This document shows positions 12,501-25,530 of a DNA stretch of 64,000 nucleotides, one piece after another; positions within the stretch are counted from its first letter, which is position 1, and each line of letters begins with the position of its first letter. The translations under genes were made by a program, and so were the position numbers. The notes beneath the pieces were generated by a model, which saw nothing but the letters and a program-made list of their open reading frames with translations, was not told where the DNA came from and made no database searches. This DNA is from the human T2T-CHM13v2.0 reference genome, Homo sapiens. The stretch lies in NCBI RefSeq assembly GCF_009914755.1, contig NC_060931.1; one strand, given 5' to 3'.

Positions 12501-14663
12501 GCTCAATATGGAGAAAGTTACTACTTTGATATATCAAAGTTAAGATAATGTTGAGGAATTAAATTAAAAATTAGGGAAACAGGTAGTTTAGATACACAGC
12601 ATAGAAGGAATAATGTTATTTACTATCTACATTTAGGGATAATAGTTGGCATTTACTTAATTTAGTTATCAAATTCTCTTTTCGATAAATCTGTATAACA
12701 TCTCTTTTCTCGAATATAATTGTTTGGTAAACATTACAGCATTTTATTAACAAACCTTGTTAAAAGTTATAACAAATTATACATGTTTTAAGAATTAATT
12801 TGGAATACAATTATATGCTTAAAGGGACCTCAAAGAATGAAGACTTTAGATGAATTTTTCATATTAAGCCAAATTTGTCAATTGGAAAGAAATGTATATA
12901 AAAGATTTTTTCCATCATTTGTCTTCTCCTGGTGTCCCAATGGTAAAGCTATAATATTGATTAATTAGAAAGAGATCTCATAGAGAAGCCATTTTATTCA
13001 CTCTGATACCCTGGCCACTCTCAGGAGGACGTGAGAGAACCACTCAATATCCTGAGCACTTCCTGTGTAACTGACTTGCCTCTAGACCCAACTTTGAATT
13101 AAATATTTGCCCTGGAACTTGAATCATGCCAGAAATTTGAAGAATCACCTTTTGCGTTTCCTGATTTCTATTTCCACCTATTCCCTTTCCTATATTTATC
13201 TTTAATTTCTAAATTTTCTAGAAGGAGAAATTGAAGTAATATTGGCCGAATATTCCCAATGGTAGTAAACAAAAGAGAAACAAAGTACCTACCAGAAACT
13301 GACCATCTTAACTTGTGCATTCTGTGACATTTTATTACCAAAATGAACTATTTCTACGCATCCCAAATCTCCTACTGACTTCTACAATTAATATATTCCC
13401 ATATTCCACAATACCACCAGGAATAAGTCAATATTTAGATTAGAATATTTCTCCAGCACATGCACAATTATTACAATGATCATGGTATTATCAATACATA
13501 TATGTATTCATATAATTTCTATCATAAATATTTTTCCAGAGACAATGAGACTATATCATTTTATTATTTCCTCATTTTCTATGATGTCTAATAAATATCC
13601 ATAAATAAAAAATAAATCTAAGTAATCAATTAAGTATATTATTTGTATTATTAAGGAGTATTTTCCCCTTTCTAAATGAGATGTTCTTAAAGCAATACTG
13701 TAAAGAATTCTAACAGATAATATATATTTTCTATTTTGAGGGTATAACATCATTTGATATTGGAAGAATTGCCATGGGGTAAAAACTGGAATATGGAAAG
13801 CTACCATATTGACAATCCCTCAGCATGCAAGTATCACCAAAACTCTTACTTAAATGTGCTAGTAGTTATTTCTTGTATACAGTCATTAAATTTAGTTTGT
13901 AGCCAGAACAAACATTATCATAATATATTTTTTCACCATATTAAATGTTTAATATAATTTCAATAAACTAATTTATACTATACAACTGAAAAACTACAGG
14001 CAGATTATTAATGATGATAAAAGACCAGTTGTAAAAGAACATCTGTTATAAAAGTTAAAAGGCCCATTAAGAAATTATGTAATTAAGTCTTCTATATCCA
14101 TTCAGAGCAACAGCAAATATCTCTAAGTCATTTAAGAAAAATCCAAAGTCCCCAATTAACACATTCTTTTTATTCTTTTGAATTTTGCATCTTGTGTGAA
14201 TTGTGCCTTAAGAGTTATTAGTAGAATCTATTCATATCCCAAATTAGAGGAAGACATATTAGTGAGGTCAACCTCTCTAGCTGTAATCACTTAGCATATG
14301 AAAGAAGAAAACATATTTTTCCTGTTTCATTAAAAATGTGAATATGGCGTATAGAGAGCTTTATAAAGCAGATCAAAAAATTCACTTATCCTTATTTGTG
14401 CAGTCCATTTGAGCTAGTAATTTCTGCTTAGGTGAAGGTCTGCTCAACTATGTTACAGCATATCACAAAACCCACATAAGGAAAATACCTTCATTTATCA
14501 TTGTTAAATTTTTTCAAGTGTAGAATACTTTCCATTGAATCACTGTCCTCTGTACCAAAATTTCAAGATATGGAAAATCTGAATTTTCTTAAGAATAGTT
14601 TAGGAATAAAAAAATCCTGTTTAGTTTAAAGGCATATTCAAGCTAAATCAGTTATGTTTAGGT

Positions 14664-14891
14664 CACGGTTGCCCAACCATGGCCTATGGGCTACATGCAC
14701 GTGTCCCAGGACAGCTTGGAATGCAGCCCAACACAAATCTGTAAACTTTCTTAAAACATTAGGAAAATTGTCTGCAATTTTTTTTTTAAGCTCATCAGCT
14801 ATCATTAGTGTTAGTGTGTTTTACATGTGGCCCATGACAATTATTCTTCTTCCAATGTGGCCCAGGGAAGCCAAATGACTGGGCACCCCTG
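14664..14891 (-). mobile_element. MER30 (hAT-Charlie MITE)
   Basis: Matches the MER30 reverse complement: cccaacacaaatctgtaaactttcttaaaacatta ... gctcatcagctatcattagtgttagtgt ... ccaatgtggcccagggaagccaaa ... cacccctg. Confidence 0.9.
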
Positions 14892-15254
14892 ATTTACATC
14901 ATGTTAGTCATCACTTTTTTTTCTTCTTCACTAACTCACCTATAAAGAGCAATGTCCTTCCTGATAAAGTGATAAAGTGAAAACAATGTTAGAACTATTA
15001 AAGGACATTTTAACACTAATTGATCCAACCTAATGGAAACTGTAATAAAAGAAAGATTAGCAAAGCACAAATTTTTCTTGCTTTTACTTTGTGAAAGTAT
15101 TTGTTTACTTTATTATATATAATATACATTAAATTGATAATATAATAATGTATTATGTCAGGCTATATGTTTGGAAATGAACAGTGTCTCTTTCTTCCTA
15201 ATTAAAAAAATAAGTGGCTTGCTCGGAAAAAAAAGAGGAAAAAAAAATAAAGCC

Positions 15255-17345
15255 CTGTAACTAAGTCTCATTTATAAATATTAATGCAAAAAATTCTCAA
15301 TAAAATACTAAATATTAAGTAAAATTAAATCTAATATTATATTAAAAACAATATACAGTATCAAAGAAGCATTTATTCCACAAAAAACAGTGTAGTTAGA
15401 CATTTGGAAAAAATTGATAAACGCATTAATAACGGACAAAAATACATCATCATGTTGATAGGTGACAAGGCATTTGACAAAATTTATAGTGTATCTATAT
15501 TTAGTAAAACTTTAAATTAGAAATCATTTTTAGGATGGTCAACAGTGACATCAGAGATCAGCAGGCATTATTTAAAAATTGCAGTATTAGAGGATTAGGG
15601 TCAAAACAGGAATGCCCAGCATCACAATCAGTATTCCATGTCATTCCAGATGTGCTAACCAATGCAATTAGACAAGTAAAAGAAATAAGAATAAAAATAA
15701 CTGATAATCTGAAATTCCACCGGAAGCAGTTAGTAAATAAAAGTGCTACTTAAAAATTATTATTTTAAGCATATCAATAACTTCTTAATATACCTACAAT
15801 TACCTGAAATAATGAGAAAAATTTAATTAGCAGTCATAACACATTAATAACATCAGCAAATATCAAATCTCCATAAACTTAGTGGGAATTTCCCAGAACT
15901 ACATTAAAAATTATAATATACTACTGAGAGATAATATGAGTTGAATACAAAATGTACACATTGCTCCCCTGTACAGATATAGTATTTTCTCGAAGTTGAT
16001 CTGTAAGTTTATCCTATTCCTAAAAAAATTCCAGTTAAGTGGATAAATTTTAAAACATGTATTTATATGTTCAAAAACAAAGCCAGCAAAATTTTGAAAC
16101 CCATTCTAATGGCAGTGGCTTGCCCTATTAGATATTAACATATATCATGGCAATATTTTAAATAATGATATACTAGCACAAAAAAAGATAGCCAGATTAA
16201 TAAAATAGACAATTCATAGCAGATCTAGAAAATATAATATTGTATAGTAATATATTCTTAATATTTCATATTATTACATTTTAATAATATATTAAAATGG
16301 CCTTCCACATCACTAAAAAAATTTGATGAGTTTTTTGAGAAATAACTTTGGATACTGGCTATCAAAAACTCAAAAAATTAGATGTCTATTTCATAACTTA
16401 CAACACAAAATGAAGATGAATTCAATGTTTCATTATTAAAATGACATCATGAAAAAGCTACAAGAAAATACGTATTTTTAAAAGTCCTGAAAGCTTACTA
16501 TGGCTATTTTAGTTTAAAACGAATTTCCCAGTTCAAAGATTGACCTGTGAACAAGATATAATAGTAAACATGAACTTATCAGGTAAGAGTAAAACAAAAT
16601 ATTTTATTGACATCTGCACTCTGGGAGCAGTGGTGAGAAAAGAGAAAGGTGTTTAGCACCAGGAAAGAGAGACATTTGGTAGTCAGTAATCAAGGGAGGG
16701 TTTGCTTATTTATATTACTCTTATTTAGTAGAGAGTTGGTAGTACAAAAGAAGAGAAACCTTTTTGAAAGTTAATATTTTTGGCCAATCCAGGCCTTTCA
16801 CAGGAGATCTTCCATAGGACTGTTACACATTTCTAGGCATAACATGACAGAAAGTGCAGAGGAGAATCTTGATGGATGGGCCCTCACAATTTGTTTAAAT
16901 TGCTGTAGGGCAAGTAACACCAAATATGAATAGATGAATTACAGAAATACAATTGTAAAATATATGTCAGACAACAGATTAATGTATGTATTCTCAAAGA
17001 GATTTTGACAATCAAAAGGAAACAGAGGAATATTCCAAAAGAAAAATAGGCAAAGTAATGAACAGGCAATTTGCAAAAGAATAAATACAATGGCTAATTA
17101 GTATACAAAAACTCTAAATCTCATTAGGAATCAATGATATGCAAATTTAAATAATAATAAAATTAAGTTCACCACTGATGTATATAAAGATGAAAAATAA
17201 TAACACCCAGTTTTGGTGAATGTGTGGGAAGATAGATAAATTGATCTGTTACTATTATGTATATGACTATGAACAGCAATTTGAGAGTAGCTATCAAGAA
17301 TCTTAAAGGCAGGGATTACATGCCTAAGAATTTTTCCATGAAAAT
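15255..17345 (+). mobile_element. Old L1M ORF2/3' fragments, interrupted at about 16500-16880
   Basis: aatgcaaaaaattctcaataaaatacta, gcatttgacaaaatt, gctaaccaatgcaattagacaag and gcaaagtaatgaacaggcaattt are decayed L1 ORF2 landmarks. Confidence 0.75.
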
Positions 17346-18656
17346 AATTGAACAAGTAAATTGTTGTCATCTTCTTCATACACAAAGGACGCCATGTTGT
17401 TACCGAGATTAAGATAAATTATTTATTTTTTCAGAATGAAAAGCTATTTACTATTGTAAAGACTCTGTCCTCGCAGTAGACTAAAATCAAGAAAACACAA
17501 AGACTCTTTTTTAGACGGCACCCACAATTCAAAAGCTCTAATCACAAGAACAAAGAGAGACACAGAATAAAAGAGACAGATGGAGACAATGTGAGTCCCA
17601 TTTGAGCACCTGCAGGGAATGGGTTCTCTGAACAGTAAAAAGCTGGAAGCCGAAGCAGGGACACCTGGGCATTACCCATCTTTCTTTCCCTGGATGAGAA
17701 TGAAGCCTTGCTAATGCTAACTTCAATTCAAGAACCAGAAGAGCCCAATATTTTTATACAATACCTTAAATAGAAGTGCACAGATTGTTAATGTTAAGTT
17801 CTTCCAGAAGGCTGATGTAAGCTCTGGGTACAAAAGACTCATGGCTCAGCACAAATGGGGCCTTTTCCTACACCACTCTAGTTAGTATGGGCAACACCAA
17901 CAGCAATTCTGTGATCTATTCCAGAACCAGGGGCCAGGAAATCCTCCGACAGAATGTGCCATGCTAAACCAGAAATATAACCTAACTTAACACATACACA
18001 TGTACGGTCTCTTCTCACTAATTGGAAATGTGCAACACCTTTACAACTATGTACCTATTTAAATTCTTAAGCCATTTTTATTTTTAATTTCTTAAGCCAT
18101 GTGCAAACATAACCCCCTGAAAGAGGGATCAAACCTGCTCTAGAGTTTATAAACACAATCTGCTGAAACAAGCAAAAGCATTTCCATTTGTCATGCTTGA
18201 TATACTCAGCCCATCCTGTAATTTGAACAAGGTTATTCATTAATTACCTTGGTAATTAATGTTATGTCAATGTTATGACATAATGGGTGTCAATGTTATG
18301 AGTTTATAACTGCAAACTGGATGTTTTTGTGTCCCTCTCCTTACATTTAGGCAAAAAACTGCTTTAAATATTTCTAACCTTTGCTACTGTATTTCCTCTG
18401 AGGCTACACGATGCCAAGACAGCTTAATAGAAATGGAAAAGTGCAGTCAGTACTACTGTAAATAGCTTTTTCATATGAAACCAAATATGCTTATGTTTGT
18501 AAATATCCAAAGAGTCATCTCATTGGAAAATCTTTAAGTCAATGTTGTTGGCATCACAGTAATACTGTTGAGTTTCTAGAGATTCAAAATCATCTCTCCA
18601 CTTACTACCATTTCAATAAAATACAGTCTTTCTCATTCTCCCCCTAATGATAACCT

Positions 18657-19347
18657 TGAAACCACCATTGCAAAATTATAACTGAGACAGTGAAAGAGAT
18701 CTGACCTAACGAACTCCATCTTGCTTCTAACCTTCAAGCTGTCCTGTCCCTTTGGGAGGAACTTTGTTTATAGTTTAAATCAAAGATGATAATAGCCCTT
18801 TCTGAAAACAAACCTCCTTCCTGCCTGGGGACTAGACTGCCTTTGTAGGACTAACAAATTAGCCACAAGATTAGAAATTATGGTTTAGGAATCATGCAGC
18901 TGGAGACTACAAGATTCCGACCCTCCCCAAATTGCTCCTGAGGGTAACATCACTATTGTAAAGCCTAAGACCAGTGCTTCAGACATTTTCCAGACCCTGT
19001 ACTTGATAGATCAGCTGGCACCACCCAAGATGGATAAGCTGGTTCATCTGATCTTGTGATCTCCACCAAGGAACTGACTCAGTGCAAGAAGACAGCTTCG
19101 ACTCCTTACGATTTCATCTCTGACCTGACCAATCAGCACTTCCAACTTACTGGCACCCCCACCCACCAAATTATCCTTAAAAACTCTGATCCCCGAATGC
19201 TCAGAGAGACTGATTTGGGTGGTAATAAAACTCCAGTCTCCCGCACAGCCAGCTCTGCATGAATTACTCTTTAATTACTCTTTCTCTATCGTAATTCCCC
19301 CGTCTTGATAAATCGGCTCTGTCTAGGCAGCGGGCAAGGTGGTTACA
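18657..19347 (+). mobile_element. LTR8 (ERV1) solo LTR with 4-bp TSD ACCT
   Basis: TGAAACC...GGTTACA termini; gcaaaattataactgagacagtgaaagagatct and gactagactgcctttgtaggactaacaaattagcc match LTR8; ACCT at 18653-18656 and 19348-19351; AATAAA at about 19224. Confidence 0.93.
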
Positions 19348-19467
19348 ACCTCTCTCATGATATTAAATTTAATACTAGACTGAAAATTCACTAGTATGTA
19401 ATTTTTCCATTCCCTTCCTGAGCAATGTCCAGACGTACAAAAAGCCATTTCAAATGACCATTAAGTT

Positions 19468-20560
19468 TTTCATTCATTCAGCAAACATCTATTGAACACC
19501 TCTTAGCTATGCACTAAACTAAGTCCTGAGAATGTAAGGTCAAGTAAGTCATGACTCCCACCCTCAAAAAGCTGTAGTCTAGGGTGGAGGCAGACAAGTA
19601 ACTTTGCAATTCAATTGCAGTATGGTAAGTGCTACCTACTGATAAAGGAGCATGTAGGTGGAACATCGAAATCAGACTAACACTAACGAGGGTGATCTCA
19701 AGCCAGAGAAGCCTTTCTAGAGGTGACTTTTGACCTCAGTTTTGAAAGATAAAGAGTAAAAGGTGAAATGGGGTTTTGAAAAATAAAGAGTAAAAGGTGA
19801 CATGTCAAAAACAGAAGAGAGAATTATTCAGGAAAAGGAACAACATATGTGCTATCACAAAGGTGGGCATGACCCATTTCCAGAATCACAAAGTCCAGCA
19901 TAGCCAGAGAAAAGGGCACATACAGTACAAAGACAATAAGAACCTTTTCAGGACAGGTATGATGTGTTAAGCCAAGGAGTTGAGGCAGGATGCTGAAAGC
20001 TGCAGGGAGCTATTTCATGACTGTAAGCAAGAGGAAAGTATGATGATAGAAGTGTTTTGAAAACAAGCCCTCTGGCTGCTGCACGTAGCCCACTAGAGAG
20101 AGGGGAATAAAATGTTACTGAAATAATTAAGATAGGAGCAATCTAGTGGGGAAGAACAGGTTTGCAAGATATTTCATTACCGGTGAAATACTGAAAGCAA
20201 GTTTAGTAGTTTAAACTGGTTCAAGTTTGCTGACTTGGAAGACCAGGTTGGATGCTGTTTAACTCACTAAGATGAGAAACTCAAGAGAAGAAATAGGTGT
20301 GAAGTGAGAGTTAATACACCTAATTTTGAACTTGATGAGTTGAACATCCAAGTGAAGGATACAGTTGGAGAAGTGAAAGGTCTAGATCTTTCTAGAGAGA
20401 TGAGAATCATCTGTATAGAAGAGAAGGCTGAAGCCATAGGAGTGGTCAAGATTACCAGTGTGGGGGGTGAGTCGGGGGTTGGGGGATGCAGAAAGAAGAA
20501 CAGAGGAACCAGCATAGAGCCCTGGGAAATTCTACGTTGAGGAAAGCATGAGTGGTAGAT
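19468..20560 (-). mobile_element. L2 LINE 3' portion
   Basis: cattcattcagcaaacatctattgaacacc is the reverse complement of the L2 tail; it continues as typical purine-rich antisense L2. Confidence 0.75.
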
Positions 20561-20582
20561 AGACTACAAATATTTAATTGCT

Positions 20583-20655
20583 AGAAGAGGAGAAGGAAAA
20601 GAAGGAAAAAAAGGAGGAGGGGGAGGAAGAGGAGTAGGGGAGGAAAGAAGGAGAG
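20583..20655. repeat. GA-rich polypurine tract
   Basis: agaagaggagaaggaaaagaaggaaaaaaggaggagggggaggaagaggag... Confidence 0.85.
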
Positions 20656-21175
20656 ATCCACAGATGTTGATGAAAAACTCCAAGAAGGTTAAGTGTCTCA
20701 GATGCTTTAACAACATGACTTAGGATGAGCAGCACAAATGTTTGGAGCCTTCAGCAACGTGCAAATCAGATCTGAAGGAAATATTGGTACAGGGAGGAAG
20801 AAAAGGAGAAGGAACCAGATTCCAGAAGGCTGAAGAGGGAAATGGGCAGTGTGGCTGTAGTGTAGGGCAGTTTTCCAAACAGTTTATTAAAGAAGAGAAA
20901 GAAGAATGCAGACATCCTCATATCAACCACTACATTTAAAAGGACTAATTATTATTATCCAATTCTTTCACAAGGCATATGTTGGCAACATCCTTTTCAA
21001 GCAGAAATAAGGTCTTTTTAAATCAATTTTAATGGAAGAAAAGATATACTCCCTTTCCCCATTCTAATCTGATGACAAAAGTTCTAATAAAGTAGCAGTG
21101 AGAACAGGAGCAGTAGCTGGGAATTAGAGTGAATCACCTTGAGATTCCATCCAAAGTTACTCAAAATTGTGTTTG

Positions 21176-21200
21176 CACACACACACACACACACACACAC
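21176..21200. repeat. (CA)12 microsatellite
   Basis: Direct reading. Confidence 0.95.
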
Positions 21201-21502
21201 CACATACAAAACATAGTTTATATTAGTAAAGTATAAATAAATATGTTATATTCACCTCTTAGCATCTTACATCTTTGATAAGACCACGGTGTTACGTTTA
21301 GTTACCTAATATTTAATAGCAGTGTTTTATATCACTTCTTTCCAAGAGATTTAAATCACTGTTCTCAATTTTCCTAATGCAATCTTCTCTCATTATTCCT
21401 TTTTGAGATTGGTGGTGATCCTCCCACAACCCCTTTGTATAATTATTTTCAGTTATTACTAATGCTTGTTTATAACTCTGATTTAACATCAGCTATAAAT
21501 TA

Positions 21503-21829
21503 CAGTCATGCACCACACACATTTCGGTCAATAACAGACTACATATACATAATACTGAATTTTTACTGTAATTTTCTATGTTTAGATAGGTTTGGATACA
21601 CAAATACCATTGTGTATCTAATACTAATACAATTGCCTACAGTGTTCAGTACAGTAACATGCTGTACAGGTATATAGCCTAGGAGCAATATGTACCATAT
21701 AGCCTAGGTGTGTAGCAGACTATACCATCTAGGTTTGTATAAATACTTCTATGATGTTTGCACAGTGACAAAATCACCTAAGAACACATTTCTCAGAACA
21801 TGCCCCCAACGTTAAGTGACACATGACTG
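21503..21829 (+). mobile_element. Tigger3a/MER7A-type TcMar MITE
   Basis: TIRs cagtcatg...catgactg flanked by TA on both sides (21501-02, 21830-31); internal cagtacagtaacatgctgtacagg..tagcctaggagcaata. Confidence 0.88.
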
Positions 21830-23404
21830 TATCAATAACTATAATGGTCTACATTTATATAGTATTGGTCTGAGAGATCCCAAAGGACCTTTCCAAACAA
21901 TACATTTTTCACATAAATAAATGCCAGGCAACATTGAGAATGATAAAAGCAACCAGTCACACAATTAACATACTGTTTACCTAGCTCCTGAACAATAAAA
22001 ATGCTTCTCAAGACTCAAGCTGATATCAATCACAATAGGTACTCCACTGAACAATATGCCACAAGCTAATATCACCTCTGATTATTAATATGGGGCAATT
22101 TTTTATTCCCTAGGAGATAACTTGTATCAAGTCAAATTGAATTGGTTTGTACAAACAGTACGAAGACAGAAAATAAGAACCTTTTCAGGACAGGTATGAA
22201 AAGGATCAGTGGCATTTTTTAAAGTCTTGACTAAAATGGTACTTTATGCATAATTTATATAAAATCTTTCTTATACTGAGCTTTTTCTGCTAAACAGGGA
22301 AATCTGTGCTGATAACTGAAACAAAAGGTGGTCCCAAGTCACAAATTGAGACTCAAGTAAGCACTCCTTCCCTGACCTTGAACAAATCATTTATATTGTT
22401 TACCTCAGTTTCACTGCTTTGGAAAGAAAACTCTATCATTTCTGACATGAACTCAGCAATTCTTGATTTGAAAGGTCATGAAAATGTGCTGAGAGATTCC
22501 TCTTTCCACAGGTGGTTTTGGCAGCAGAGTCTTGTCTTAAAGATTCACGTTATTCAGGTATTTTTGTTAACCTGCCATAATAAGTAGTAATGTAGAATTT
22601 CAAGAAAATACCGAAGCATAGACATTTCCCAACGGAGAAACTCTAACAACTTCCTGCAGTAAACCACATAAGATATTAACAATAGAATAACCCAAAATAC
22701 ATCTTCCTATCTAAAACTGATATTACTATGAAAATGAGAAGTTGAAAGTGGGGGAACTTAAGAATTAGTGATAAATAAAATCAATATGGGCAATTAACTA
22801 TCCTCTATATAGAAAACAATTGCAAGTATAAAACTAATACTTGCTTATATGGCTGTGAATAAAACCAGTGAGACGTGGCTACAGAGAGTAGGCTTTCACC
22901 ATTACACTCTTCTGGTCTGACTCCACCAAAAAGCTTTTAGAAAATAGATTACTGGCAGTACTCAGGATCCACTGAATCAGAATTCCGTAAATCTGTGTGC
23001 GTACGTGTGTGTGTGTGTGTGTTCAGTGTTCCCGAGTTGATTCTAATGAGGCTGTTTCCAATACACAGAAGTCACTAACCTTGCTTACCTGCAGAAAACC
23101 ACCACCACCAAAAATAAAACACTGTTTTCAAACAGAGGAAAGGAATCATATTCTCCAAGCATTTGGTTTTCCACTGGGAGGACTGTCACACAATAGCTTT
23201 TAATTCAGAGATGCACATGATATGTCTGCAAGGGTAGAGAATTTTGTAAGCATCAGTTGCTCTCCTCTCTGCTTACCCTGGGAACAGGCCAGGATTTTTC
23301 CTTGTAACTCTGGTCCTGAATGTGGCAGAAGAACTGAAATGTCCTCAAGAAGACCGGTCTAACACGAGCTGACAGCATGATGTCATGACAAGAACAAAAG
23401 TTCT

Positions 23405-23712
23405 GAGGAGCACCACAAATAGAGACTAAAATCCTAGCTTTGTTATTTACGATAGTATAATAATAAGGGGAAATTATTTCCCTTATTAATCTCCCTGAGC
23501 CTTCGTTTCCTTCTTTGTAAAATGGAAATAATAGGAGCCACTTTCACAAGATTGTGGGAAGCAGTACAGCATGATGTTTAAGAGTGGATGCAAATCCCAA
23601 TGCTGTCACCTACTTTTAAAAGACTAAGTTCCTTGTCTGTAAAATGGGGATCCCAAGAGTACCACCTTCAGAGAGTGATGAGGAGGAGGATTAAATGAGA
23701 CAACACATCCAT
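23405..23712 (+). mobile_element. Two adjacent MIR fragments
   Basis: ctgagccttcgtttccttctttgtaaaatggaaataata and gttccttgtctgtaaaatgggg...gaggattaaatgaga are MIR core motifs. Confidence 0.75.
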
Positions 23713-23714
23713 TA

Positions 23715-23971
23715 CAGTCATCCATCCCTCTGTATAAGCTTGGAATTGGTTCCAGGACACCTACCCCCCACACCAAAATCCGAGATATTAAACTTCCACA
23801 CTTGGCCCTGCAAAGCCACCCACAGGAAAAGTTGGTCTTCAGTACAGGCGCGTTTCATACCTGCAAACCCTGTATTTTCCATCTGCATTTGGGTGAAAAA
23901 AAATCCATTTGGGTGAAAAAAAATCCATTAGATCCATACAGTTTAAATCTGTGTTGTTCCAGGGTCAACTG
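23715..23971. mobile_element. MER8 (Tigger2-derived MITE) inserted in a MIR; carries a 20-bp tandem duplication
   Basis: ta|cagtca...ttggttccaggac...gtgttgttccagggtcaactg|ta; catttgggtgaaaaaaaatc is repeated at 23886 and 23906. Confidence 0.85.
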
Positions 23972-24549
23972 TATTATTATTATGATTGTTGCAGTAATTA
24001 AATTAAAATATTGTAACAAAATTGGGCCAATGTTTAAACCTTATTCTCACATTTTTTAACTTTATATAGGTAGAAAGACATACTGGCTATGCTCAAAAGT
24101 CTATGTACCACCAGAGAGGCTGAAAAGGCAAGGGAAAAGGCAGCTTGAAGGCAAGTTTTAGGACTGCAAAGCAGTCCTACAACAGTATCCTATTTCCTTT
24201 AATTTGGGACTTTAAAAAAGATCTGGGTAAGCATTTCAAGGATTAACCTCACAGCCCCCACCCCACCACACTTACCACTTCTCCAAGGCCAGCCCGCACA
24301 GCCACCTCTCCTACGGAGCATGGTGGCCAACTCACCATTAATCAACCACGCCAAATATTTTACCCTCAGTGCCCAGACTCTTAGCCTGCCTTCTGCCTGG
24401 AATATAACCGACAAACCAAGTCCCCATCCAGCAAAATCTCACTTACTCCCGTAAGACCTGACAAAATACTCCTTCCTCTTTCTCTAAGTTTCTCAGTCAG
24501 AATACATTATTCCTTCCACTGGACTCCCATAAAGCAATCATGTGTATAC

Positions 24550-24620
24550 CTAATTCTAGTCACTAGTTAATTACTAATTCTGGTCACTAGTTAATTACTA
24601 ATTCTGGTCACTAGTTAATT
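24550..24620. repeat. 24-bp minisatellite, about 3 copies (ctaattctggtcactagttaatta)
   Basis: Units start at 24550, 24574 and 24598; one substitution in the first unit. Confidence 0.95.
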
Positions 24621-25530
24621 CTGATGTATTTTAATAATTGCCTATTTATAAGGCTGGCTTTCCTTTAGATTTCAAGTTTTCTGCGGGAAGGGACTCTATC
24701 TTACATATCTTCATTTCCACCACTTCCCCAACAGAGGCTGACCCGCTGTCTGGCATATTGTAGGTATTCAACACAAATTTGTTGAAATCATATTTATGCA
24801 CTGGGGACTGCAATGAATGGAGCCCAAAGCTCACCTCAATCACTTGGTACCTCCCCTAATGGCTTTAACTCATTGTATGGTATATACTAAATGAAAGTGT
24901 GCTTTGAAAAATAAAGCATAAAGCCATTCATATCTGAAAAGTAGACTAGTGCATAACTGAGCCTAGGACATATGTAGTACGATTTCAGTGAAAGGATACA
25001 ACTGATTGGCAGTTTAAAAAGTCATGTTCCCATATAAAGGTATTATAGCTTAATGTGCTATAATGCAGATCCAGTAAAATCCCCACCACTCATTTTTAAA
25101 TATTTGAAGACATATAAGGTAATGTCTCAGGAACACAGATTGATTTTCAGTGGATGTGCTATTAAAATGATCCACTTTTCATATCATACCCTATGCTGAC
25201 CCTTTAGACAAGTGTCTTAAACTATACTAAATTATATTTCAATCACAATCCTATAGCAATAAAAAATAAATAAAAAGAATATGCACCTGGAGCGAAAATG
25301 GAACAGAAACATAGCCATTGCTAAACATAACATTTTCTCTATTTTGGTATTACTTTTAAAAATTTAGTATTACTTTTAAAAAATTATACCAAGTGGAGGT
25401 ATTAAAATTTTCAATCAAAGTAATATTTGAGTTGCTTCTCTAACAGTATACGTTGTTTACATGTTTTTGTAAGCCAGTCTGTTTCTTCTTACTTCATACA
25501 ATAGTACTTACAGAGAGAAATTATTTAGAA

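Noticed and set aside
19941-19962. Apparent 5-nt microexon ccttttcag|GACAG|gtatga, present in both copies of the short duplication
   Set aside because: It is on the + strand, antisense to GRM8, and I see no evidence of a + strand transcript.
20460-20486. G-run cluster as a G-quadruplex
   Set aside because: Only three clear G tracts, lying within L2, with no supporting context.
24550-24620. Short repeats resembling a CRISPR-like array
   Set aside because: The units are head-to-tail with no unique spacers, in mammalian DNA; this is an ordinary minisatellite.
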